Source: Macrostomum lignano (taxonomy: Eukaryota). From it: a stretch of DNA of 64,000 bases. A model generated the notes under the pieces. That model saw nothing but the letters and a program-made list of their open reading frames with translations. It ran no database searches and was not told where the DNA came from. Numbering within the stretch: position 1 is the stretch's first letter; the number at the start of each line of letters is the position of its first letter. A program made the position numbers and the translations under genes. Positions 48,701 to 60,105 of the stretch are shown in pieces. The DNA is taken from assembly GCA_002269645.1 (NCBI GenBank), contig NIVC01002367.1:115947-179946 (forward strand), given 5' to 3'.

Positions 48701-49314
48701 CAGTCACACACACACACAGACACAGCTAGCCTTAGCAAACCCCCCAAGAGTCCAAGCCCGAGGGGAGAGGAGAGGCGCAGACTGTACATTAACCCCACCA
48801 CCATATATGGAAACTATATTATATTATAAACGCTGGGACGCAGTGTTCACTGGGAAGAAAGTACGCTACACAGAGGGTGAGGGAGAGAGATAAAGAGATC
48901 GAGGGAGTTCTGGCTGTACAAGCCAAACCTGAACTGCGACAAAAAACACACGTTCTCTCTTGCATGAATTGGTATTTAATTCTGACTCAAAGCCGCTTTA
49001 AAGGGGCTTTACAACTTACAAGGGATACTTGCTAGTTGCCACGTTAGAGACAGAGTAATTGTTAGCCTTAGCTAGCTACAGCTCTCTTAAAACTTTATAA
49101 TACCGGGTATAATACAAGTAAAACAATAATATAATATACGCCATTGCCCATGACTCATTGGTTAAATACAGACCTGTTTAATGATTTGTAATTACTGCCT
49201 TAAAAATTTAGATTCTAGAATATGCTATGGATTATGGAATACATATTCTAAAAGAATTTTAAAAAATTAATAGAATTCTCTTGTCTTACGCTATTTCAGT
49301 TTTCTGCGTGCTCT

Positions 49315-50580
49315 ATGGTCTCTCTTTCTCTCTATGATCTCCTCTCTATGATCTCTTTCCTTCTCTATGATCTATCTTACCCTCTATGATCTCTTTACTT
49401 CTCTATGATCTCTCTTGCCCTCTCTATGATCTCTCTTGCCCTCTCTACAATCTCTCTTGCCCTCTCTATGATCTCTCTTGCCCCTCTCTATGATCTCTCT
49501 TGCCCTCTCTACGATCTCTCTTGCCCTCTCTATGATCTCTCTTGCCCTCTCTACGATCTCTCTTGCCCTCTCTATGATCTCTCTTGCCCATCTCTATGAT
49601 CTCTCTTGCCCATCTCTATGATCTCTCTTGCCCCTCTCTATGATCTCTCTTGCCCTCTCTATGATCTCTCTTGCCCATCTCTATGATCTCTCTTGCCCAT
49701 CTCTATGATCTCTCTTGCCCCTCTCTATGATCTCTCTTGCCCATCTCTATGATCTCTCTTGCCCATCTCTATGATCTCTCTTGCCCCTCTCTATGATCTC
49801 TCTTGCCCATCTCTATGATCTCTCTTGCCCATCTCTATGATCTCTCTTGCCCATCTCTATGATCTCTCTTGCCCCTCTCTATGATCTCTTTCCTTCTCTA
49901 TGATCTCTCTTGCCCTCTCTATGATCTCTCTTGCCCCTCTCTATGATCCCTTTCCTTCTCTATGATCTCTCTTGCCCTCTCTACGATCTCTCTTGCCCCT
50001 CTCTATGATCCCTTTCCTTCTCTATGATCTCTCTTGCCCTCTCTACGATCTCTCTTGCCCCTCTCTATGATCTCTCTTGCCCTCTCTACGATCTCTCTTG
50101 CCCTCTCTATGATCTCTCTTGCCCTCTCTACGATCTCTCTTGCCCTCTCTATGATCTCTCTTGCCCATCTCTATGATCTCTCTTGCCCCTCTCTATGATC
50201 CCTTTCCTTCTCTATGATCTCTCTTGCCCTCTCTACGATCTCTCTTGCCCCTCTCTATGATCTCTCTTGCCCATCTCTATGATCTCTCTTGCCCCTCTCT
50301 ATGATCTCTCTTGCCCATCTCTACGATCTCTCTTGCCCCTCTCTATGATCTCTCTTGCCCCTCTCTATGATCTCTCTTGCCCATCTCTATGATCTCTCTT
50401 GCCCATCTCTATGATCTCTCTTGCCCCTCTCTATGATCTCTTGCCCTCTCTACGATCTCTCTTGCCCATCTCTATGATCTCTCTTGCCCCTCTCTATGAT
50501 CTCTTGCCCTCTCTACGATCTCTCTTGCCCATCTCTATGATCTCTCTTGCCCCTCTCTATGATCTCTTTCCTTCTCTCTA
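49315..50580. repeat. ~22-23-bp minisatellite (ctctatgatctctcttgccc...)
   Basis: More than 50 copies visible. Confidence 0.97.
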
Positions 50581-51464
50581 TGTAGTATCTGCAGCTGAGA
50601 ATCTTGTCAGGCGAAAATCATTACTCTGGCTGTCCTGCTTTGATTTATTAGTATTTTAAGCATTCAGGCTAGTGAGTAGGCTAGTGGCTAGAGGGCTGAA
50701 GGGATGCGAAACAGAAGCTGCTGTCTGCAGGCAGAGATTGAAGGTGTAATCATTTACGTTCTGTATGCATATGGTACTCGCAGACTGATGTAGTTTTTAT
50801 TCTAAAACCTGCGTGCACACAGCCTAAAGGAATAGAATTCCCGATCCCTTCTTATTTTTTTGCGATCACAGCGATTGGCAGAAGGGAATCAAATGATTGT
50901 GATGAGGACGCACTTTTTTTCAAATTTCACGCTTGCACATGGGTTCCAAACTTGCTAGCCTACTAACAGCAGGCTGTGGGCATTTTTCTCCCTCTTGCAA
51001 TTTTTCTAGAATTCATACTAGTAGGACTTCTGTAGGTAGCTATATTAATCTGCCATACCTGTAGTTATAATAACAAAGGCGCGGTTTTTTGCTGCTTTTT
51101 GGTCATAAATCATTGCGTTTGAGCTGGTCTGACAGCCACCTGCGCCTCACTTAATGCTGAGGCTGGCGCCAGATGGTCTGAGAGGATGCGGGCGGTAGCT
51201 TTTTTTCTCATCATTTTGACAGGCCATCAAGATTTATGAGGTCAGGGCCTATTGTTCGTGTTCACGCAAGCGTGTGACAGTTTTGACAGCTATGCGTTTT
51301 ACCCCTAAAAGTACTTTGGGATTAGCGATTAGCGATTTCTCTTCATTATATTCTTTCTGCTTAATAAGAGCTTTCTAATGTATATTTTTTCATTAATTTC
51401 TGTCATTCCTACGCGAAAGGTCATGAATCATTTTTTGCGATTTTGATTGACTTATGGCCGCACC

Positions 51465-51856
51465 TGTCATATTTTTACGACCCCGAGGGAACTGATAGGA
51501 TCTCCCGGTCACGTGACTTTGGGTGGCAACAAGCTCAGCCAATCAGAAAATTCGACGCTCATTTTAACAAATCGGCTCAGCCAATCAGAATCGACGTGTT
51601 CCATTATAACAAGCTGCGGTCCAGTTGGCGGCTATTTAAACCGGTGTTTTTGGCCCGCTCGGGCTTCAACCGGTTCAACTCCTGCAACCCTTTCTGGAGA
51701 CCGGCCAGGAACTTGCTCTTTCTCTGGCCCGACCGTCGTTTCTTGATCCCCGGATTGCGACTCCCCCATCATCATCAAGGACGAATCCCCCCGGTCATCA
51801 GCAGCGAACATCAAAGTTGAGAGCATCACTGCTAGCTATCAGCGAAGATTGTGACA
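51465..51856 (+). mobile_element. LTR-like segment TGTCA...TGACA
   Basis: Inverted termini, two ctcagccaatcagaa CCAAT boxes and ctatttaaa. No TSD found. Confidence 0.45.
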
Positions 51857-52798
51857 TCAGCATCATCCCGGGTCTACAGCTACAGAGCATCAAGCCGATT
51901 CGGTCACTGTGGATTTCCTGGTCTCCGGCTGTTGAGTTTCTGATTGGTTGGGTGAGAGGCTACCTAGACTTGCTTGATTGGGTGATTCCCTATCTGTCCC
52001 CTGTTTCAGTAGCTGGATTAGGCGCACGCTTTTGCTCATTTTGTTCAGCAGTGCTGTTACTGAGGCAGAAATCATTCAATAATACTGCTAGTAGTCTGAA
52101 ACTCTGAAACTCACTTTTCGCAAAGTAGAAAATCACTTTTTGCTACTTTTTCAGTGGCAAACATCTGCGTCATGCTTATTAACTGTGTGTTTCAATAACA
52201 ACTTCGCGTTTCACACACTCCAAAAAGAACTAAAATTAAAGCTACTATTGTCAATCAAAAAAGCCTGTTGCTTTATTCACCAATCTAATTCGATAAATCA
52301 AAAACTGGCAATCCGCTGAGTCAGTCTTCTTCCAATGCTTTGATTGAGATGCTTTCCGTTTTCACATTCTGAGAAAGCAGCCAGCTGATAAGGATTGCCG
52401 GGACATTTGATGATTTGGTAGACCCGCTAGCTCCACCTCTTCTGCAGAATAATTATCTTTCTCTTTTGTACTGGAATGTTCCGGCAGCTCAACATAAGCT
52501 CGTGGCTAAAAACTTAAAAAAAAACGGATTTAGCGTTAGTTTGAGCACCGAGTGATTTTTTTCCAAAACGTAGGATATAATTCGCGCAACACATTCCTTT
52601 TCGGGCTATTAGATTAGCTCGTGCACTGATATTCATGGCATGACGCTTGTACGGGTACATTTAATGACAGTCTATCATCGATTTATTCTTAGACTGCATC
52701 TTATCTGCCCCTACAGGATGTATGATATATGAGCAAAATGCTTTTGTTAAAGATTTTTCCTGATTCGTTGATGGATAGAGAGTTTAATTAATTGAAAC

Positions 52799-53146
52799 AT
52801 AGACAAAAGGGAACAATACTCAATACAGATTTCCGTATCCCAACCATAGACAAAAGGGAACAATACTCAATACAGATTTCCCTATCCCAACCATGGACAA
52901 AAGGGAACAATACTCAATACAGATTTCCCTATCCCAACCATAGACAAAAGGGAACAATACTCAATACAGATTTCCCTATCCCAACCATAGACAAAAGGGA
53001 ACAATACTCAATACAGATTTCCCTATCCCAACCATAGACAAAAGGGAACAATACTCAATACAGATTTCCCTATCCCAACCATAGACAAAAGGGAACAATA
53101 CTCAATACAGATTTCCGTATCCCAACCATAGACAAAAGGGAACAAT
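52799..53146. repeat. 47-bp minisatellite, about 7 copies
   Basis: atagacaaaagggaacaatactcaatacagatttccctatcccaacc repeats. Confidence 0.95.
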
Positions 53147-53542
53147 CCACAGACGCGATGGGAAAAAGGCAAACAAATTGATAATTCGGACATCGCACAA
53201 AGAATGCCAGCAGCAACCTCTCATACGAATAAAAATCATGCTTAAACATCGACTGCCATGCAGTAAAGATCATAACTACGATCGCATTTCAGAGATATCA
53301 AAATTAGCTGGCGACCCAAATTTGCTGGGTGAACTTTTGCACCAACTTAAACAGATGTACTAGTAGCTTAGATAGTGCAAGCAACCATGAGCAGCTTCAA
53401 AAGAAATCACCTTCTCGATCTGTGCATCTGGGCAGAAAGATGTCCAGCAGTATTTGCGATGCCAGCCAGAGCTCCTTCACAAAGCTTCTTCTTTGGCTGG
53501 CTGGCTGACCGGCCAGACTAGCGTTCTGCTTTCGGTTCCCAT

Positions 53543-54070
53543 GATATTGGCTAGATTAGCAGTTCATTCTATTCCAATTCAACCAATGATACTCGCTAGA
53601 TTAGCAATCCATTATATTCTAATTCATCCAATGATACCCGCTAGATTAGCAATGCATTTTATTCCAAAATTATATCCATGATATTAACAACATTAGCAAT
53701 CCATTATATTCCAATTCAACCAATGATACTCGCTAGATTAGCAATCCATTCTATTCAAATTCATCTCCATGATATTGGCTAGATTAGCAATCCATTCTAT
53801 TCCAATTCATCTCATGATATTGGCTCGATTAGCAATCCATTCTATTCCAATTCATCTCATGATATTGGCTAGATTAGCAATCCATTCTATTCCAATTAAT
53901 CACATGATATTGGCTAGATTAGCAATCCATTCTATTCCAATTCATCTCATGATATTGGCTAGATTAGCAATCCATTCTATTCCAATTAATCACATGATAT
54001 TGGCTAGATTAGCAATCCATTCTATTCCAATTCATCTCCATGATGTTGGCAAGATTAGCAATCCATTCTA
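53543..54070. repeat. 45-bp minisatellite, about 11 copies
   Basis: atgatattggctagattagcaatccattctattccaattcatctc repeats. Confidence 0.95.
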
Positions 54071-54649
54071 CTGACTTATTTAACTAATTTAGTCAATAAA
54101 TACATTCAATGCTACTGTTCTGTCAATGCGTATTTTGACCAAGTAAATGCAAGACTTAGCAAAACAATTTTGTCAAATTAAAAATATTTTGTTGATTCAG
54201 ACGAATAGAATCTCGATAGTCGTAATGATAAATGACTCGCGCAATTAGGCAAATATATTATTGCATTGAAAATAAACTATTATTTCAATATACAACATAT
54301 AAATTGAAAAAAAAGTTCTGCACTGAAGAGGGGCAGGTTGCGATGTTAAAAAGTTGACATAAACAAAGGAGATCTGCTTCAAAACAGGGCTACAATTATA
54401 CATTTAAGCATTGTGCAGTGCTAACAGCCAAGAATACTAAACACTAAAAACCTGCTCATGATTACTGTTAGTACGCACACAGGGTGTAGTGACACAAAGG
54501 TTGAAGCACATGCACAAAAAACTTGCAGACTAATTGATATTCGCTTGCATATAACAACAGACTAGAGTGTAAAAAAGCAGAAAAAAGCATGAAATTTACG
54601 TCTCAAATAGCATACGATTCAGAATCTGTTTAGGGAATTTTGCATTCAA

Positions 54650-55190
54650 GATGGGGAATCCAATAATATTCAGGATGGGAGAATAACATACTCAGAATGG
54701 GGAATCCAATATTCAGGATGGGGAATCCAATATTCAGAATGGGGAATCCAATATTCAGAATGGGGAATCCAATATTCAGAATGGGGAATCCAATACTCAG
54801 GATGGGGAATCCAATATTCAGGATGGGGAATCCAATATTCAGGATGGGGAATCCAATACTCAGGATGGGGAATCCAATATTCAGGATGGGGAATCCGATA
54901 CTTAGGATTAGCAAACCAATATTCAGAATGGGGAATCCAATATTCAGGATAGGGAATCTAATACTCAGGATGGGGCACCCTATATCCAGGATGGGGAATC
55001 CAATACTCAGGATGGGGAATCCAATACTCAGGATGGGGCACCCTATACCCAGGATGGGGAATCCAATACTCAGGATGGGGAATCCAATACTCAGGATGGG
55101 GCACCCTATACCCAGGATGGGGAATCCAATACTCAGGATGGGGAATCCAATACTCAGGATGGGGCACCCTATACCCAGGATGGGGATAGG
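54650..55190. repeat. 21-bp minisatellite (ggatggggaatccaatactca)
   Basis: About 26 copies. Confidence 0.95.
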
Positions 55191-55639
55191 CATTTCCAGT
55201 GTAAATTTTATATATATTTAAGCATTTAATTTGCAGATTTAACAGCGTCTATTTTTTTATAAAAATCAGTATCGACCTGCGATGGAGGCAATCACTGACG
55301 TGAAACACAACAGCAACAAGATAAGCAACAGCGCGAATTGAAAACTGAAAAAATAATATTTATATAAGAGTAAGAGCTGTTTGAAATGGATTGCACATCT
55401 ATTTTGAATCTAGATTAATTTATTAAGGATTCTTTAGCGACACAGAATCTCTTATTTTCTCAGACAGTCTGTATAAAAGTGGTACGGTCACATTTCGACC
55501 CTTCATTCTGACACGTTGATGTGACCGTCAAATAAACCAGTGTCACATTATTAACAGGCGGTCGCATCACGGGTGGTGACACTTGAAGGTCACCAAAAAA
55601 TTGTGGCCATCACACTTTTATAACAGGGAAATCTGTTGT

Positions 55640-58600
55640 TTAGGTGTTAAGCGGTTGCGGCTGCTGCTGGTGCACCAGGGGATAAAATACTTCGGCATCT
55701 TCATCGTCCACCGAAGACGGGCTCTCAGCTCTAATAGGAACCGTCTGCAAAGTATTAGCGAGGAAACATATTACTAAAACTGAACAGTGCGCCCTAAAAA
55801 GGGCCGTTTGAAGTCTAAACAAAAATAAAACTGAAAAATATTACAGAACATGTTTTGATAAAGAAGATTTTTACTATTTTAGTCTTTCACCCCAATAATA
55901 CGAACAGATGGGGCCGCCATGAATGAAAAATATGCCAAAGTAGAATCATGGTTCGCTTTTCTACTAAGTTGCCCTAAGAAGGGCCGTTTTATTTGTGCTC
56001 AGAAATTAAGATTCTGCTGCTAGGGTTGTCGGCTGGTGGAGGGGGGACATGCCAATGCTTTGTCCCCCCCCCCACCTCACCTTGTGAGCCGTTGTGGAAA
56101 TCTATAATATTGCTCAGGGCGCCAGAATTCAGAACGCCTGCGGCGCCAAAATGAGTGTCTGCTTGCGGCGCCAAAATGAGTGCCTGTGGCGCTAAAATGA
56201 GTGCCTGCGGCGCTAAAATGAGTGCCTGTGGCGCTAAAATGAGTGCCTGCGGCGCTAAAATGAGTGCCTGTGGCGCTAAAATGAGTGCCTGCGGAGCCAA
56301 AATGAGTGCCTGCGGAGCTAAAATGAGTGCCTGCGGAGCTAAAATGAGTGCCTGCGGCGCTAAAATGAGTGCTTGCGGCGCTAAAATGAGTGCCTGTGGC
56401 GCTAAAATAAGTGCCTGCGGAGCCAAAATGAGTGCCTGCAGAGCTAAAATGAGTGCCTGCGGAGCTAAAATGAGTGCCTGCGGCGCTAAAATGAGTGCCT
56501 GCGGCGCTAAAATGAGTGCCTGCGGAGCTAAAATGAGTGCCTGTGGAGCTAAAATGAGTGCCTGTGGAGCTAAAATGAGTGACTGCGGCGCTAAAATGAG
56601 TGCCTGCGGAGCTAAAATGAGTGCCTGCGGAGCTAAAATGAGTGCCTGCGGCGCTAAAATGAGTGCCTGCGGCGCTAAAATGAGTGCCTGCGGAGCTAAA
56701 ATGACTGCCTGCGGCGCTAAAATGACTGCCTGTGACGCTAAAATGAGTAACTTTGGCGCCAAAATGAGTGCCTGCGGCGCTAAAATGAGTAACTTTGGCG
56801 CCAAAATGAGTGCCTGCGGCGCTAAAATGAGTGCCTGTGGCGCTAGAATGAGTAACTTTGGCGCCAAAATGAGTGCCTGAGGCGCTAAAATGAGTGCTAA
56901 CAATACCGATTCTCAAAACAATATACATCTAGAATTCTTGGCTTTGTCCACCCCATTCCATAAAACCGATGACGACGCCATGTCTGCGACAATCTTAAGC
57001 GTAAGTCATTCTCTTTATCCTTTGTAGTTGAGCGTTTCTTTAATTAATCTTCAAAAAAACATTAGAAGAGCCTTTTATTTAGTTCACAGATAAAAGACTG
57101 CAGAGTCGCCCGGCTATTTATAGGTGGATGGATGGATTACGGAGTATTCTCCTGGCAAAAAATGATGAGAAGGATGGGAGACGAGGAGTGGAGCACACGT
57201 ACTTTGCACTTCTAGTGACGCCTTTGACGTCAGCGAGCTGCAGGCCCATCACCTCTCCCCCCGGCTCAACTCATCCCAGAGCCATTTTTGCTTTCAACTC
57301 CCTGCCTCTCTCCCTCACCTCCTATAAGCTTCCCTATAGTCAATTCCCCTCAACCCCGAACCCCGCCTGAAAAACACACACACGCACACAGAAAGGGGAG
57401 GCGAGGCTGCGTTCAAATTAGATTTTCGTAAATCCCCCTAGGGCTCCTAGGACAGGAGCCTTCAGCCCAGCCTGACTTAAGAATAAGCCTAGGAACTCCC
57501 CATCATACTCGTAATCCGCCACTGCAGATCATGCGTGCAAAGCTAAGATCAAGTCTGCTCTGTGCTCTCCACTAGCTAGATCCGTCAGTCAGCAACTACT
57601 CAAATTTTGGAAACCTCTGATTCGGTCCGACTGCACGTTCTAAAAAAATTATTTTTAACTTTTAATTAACCTTTTAATTATTAGCTACAACCGGTACAGA
57701 GGAAAGTGGGGAGTAAACCTGATAGACAGTAAATCCGGTCTGCTAAACTGGCTGAAAATACCTTAGGCCATTTGCGCTACATATCGGTAGACATGAAGAT
57801 TCTTAAGTGCAAAAGCCATTTACGCTACATATCGGTAGGCTTGTTGATTTCTGTGTAAAATCTATTTAAGCTATATCTCAGAAGGCCTATTGATTCCTAG
57901 GTGTGAAGCTACTTACAATACATGTCGGTAGGCATTTTGATTCCCGTGAGCAAAAGCCATTTACGCTACATATCGGTAGGCATGAAGATTCCTGAATGCA
58001 AAAGCTATTCACGCTACACATCAGTAGGCATGTTGATTCCCGTGTATGAAGCTTTTTACGATACATATCGGTAGGCATGTTGATTCATGTATGTGAAGCT
58101 ATTTACGCTACATATCGGTAGGCATGCTGATTCCTGTGAGTAAAAGCCACTTACGCTACATATTGGTAGGCATGAAGATTCATATGTGCAAAAGCTATTC
58201 ACGCTACATATCGGTAGGCATGTTGATTCATGTATGTGAAGCTATCTACGCTACATATCGGTAGGCATGTTGATTGCTGTGTGTGAAGCTATTTACAATA
58301 CATATCGGTAGAAATAAAATTGCGCTTTGTAGAAAAGTTAACGGCATTGATGGCTGTCGATATTGACATCAAGAAATTGGCTGCCACGTGAAAAGAATCG
58401 AAAGCTAATAAATAAACATTTCCTATTCATCTCCCAACTAAAAGCTTGCCCAATTTGCCCAGAATCGGCGGGAAAAACGTCTCAAAAAACCTCTGCTACA
58501 GTGGGCCAGACCTCTCAATAAAAAGCCTGCCTCGAAAAACCCGGTTACAAACAGAATTCCATTTATAGCAGGCCAGTAAGGGGAGAGGGAGAGACGGATT

Positions 58601-58932
58601 GAACCGGGGCAGAGTGAAAGCTGAGAGCAGCCATCGGGTTGGGGGAAAACAGCCTCAGTTCTGCGCCAACTGATGGGACTCGGGCAGAGGCTACGGCTTG
58701 CAGTGGCTGACTGATCGAGTCTGAGTAGCTATAGAAAAGGATGCACTTTTGATGAGTAGCTTTTCACTTCTCAATTGAAGCATGGGCTGCTGACACAGGA
58801 GACTGTCTGTCTGTCTGTCTGTCTGTCTCTGTCTGTCTGGCTGTCTGTCTGTCTCTGTCTGTCTGGCTGTCTGTCTGTCTGTCTGTCTCTGTCTGTCTGT
58901 CTGTCTGGCTGTCTTGTCTATCTCTGTCTTAG

Positions 58933-58989
<57 letters not shown>

Positions 58990-58990
58990 T

Positions 58991-59029
<39 letters not shown>

Positions 59030-59030
59030 T

Positions 59031-59091
<61 letters not shown>

Positions 59092-59507
59092 TTTAGTGCC
59101 GGCCTGTCTGACATCCCGCAATCCACTCAAAGCTGCTCAGCACAGCGGCAGACAGTCAGAGAGATCAGAGGCCCGCACGGGAGTGAGCAGACAATCACAA
59201 TAAAAGGATGCAGCGCGTCAGGCTTGCACTCTAAATCGTAGGCACTTTTCCTAACAAGAATTGACGAACGTAAGGTAGGGGGAGTGCGGAAAAAATCTGG
59301 GGCTGGAAGACGGAAGGCAGGGTCAGACGCAATGCCAGGCCCGCCAGTTTTAAGTAGATGAATATTCATATTAAATTTGACAGCCAAGGCAGTTGAAAGA
59401 CTGCAATTTCGAAAATAAAAGGAAGAATTATTTCATTTTTTCCAATTTCCCATATCAAAGCACAGGAAAGGTAGGGACGCCCCGTCGAGAGATTATTTAA
59501 TTAAAAA

Positions 59508-59592
<85 letters not shown>

Positions 59593-60049
59593 CGGAGGGA
59601 AATTACAAGGAAGAGAGGGGAAGGGAAGAAACCGGTCTGCCTGTATGTTTTCTGAAAGAGAAGACAGGAAGAACAAAAGGAGACAAGAGAGAAGAGAAGA
59701 GAGGGGAGAAGAGAGGGAGAAGAGAGGGAGAGGAGAGGAGGAGAATGGGAGAGAAGAGAGGGAGAGAAGAAAAAAGGGAGGGAGACAAGATAGAAGATAA
59801 GATAGGGAGAGAAGAAAGGGAGAGAAGAGAGGGAGAGAAGAGAAAAGAGAGGGGAGTGAAGAGGCAGAGAGAAGAGAGGAGAGGTAAAGAATAGAGAAGA
59901 GAGTCTGAAGAGAAGAGAGGGAGAGAAGAGAGGGAGAAAAGAGAGGGAGAGAAGAGAGGGAGAGAAGAGAGGGAGAGAAGAGAGGGAGAAAAGAGAGGGA
60001 GAGAAGAGAGGGAGAGAAGAGAGGGAGAGAAGAGAGAAGAGGTAAAGAA

Positions 60050-60105
<56 letters not shown>

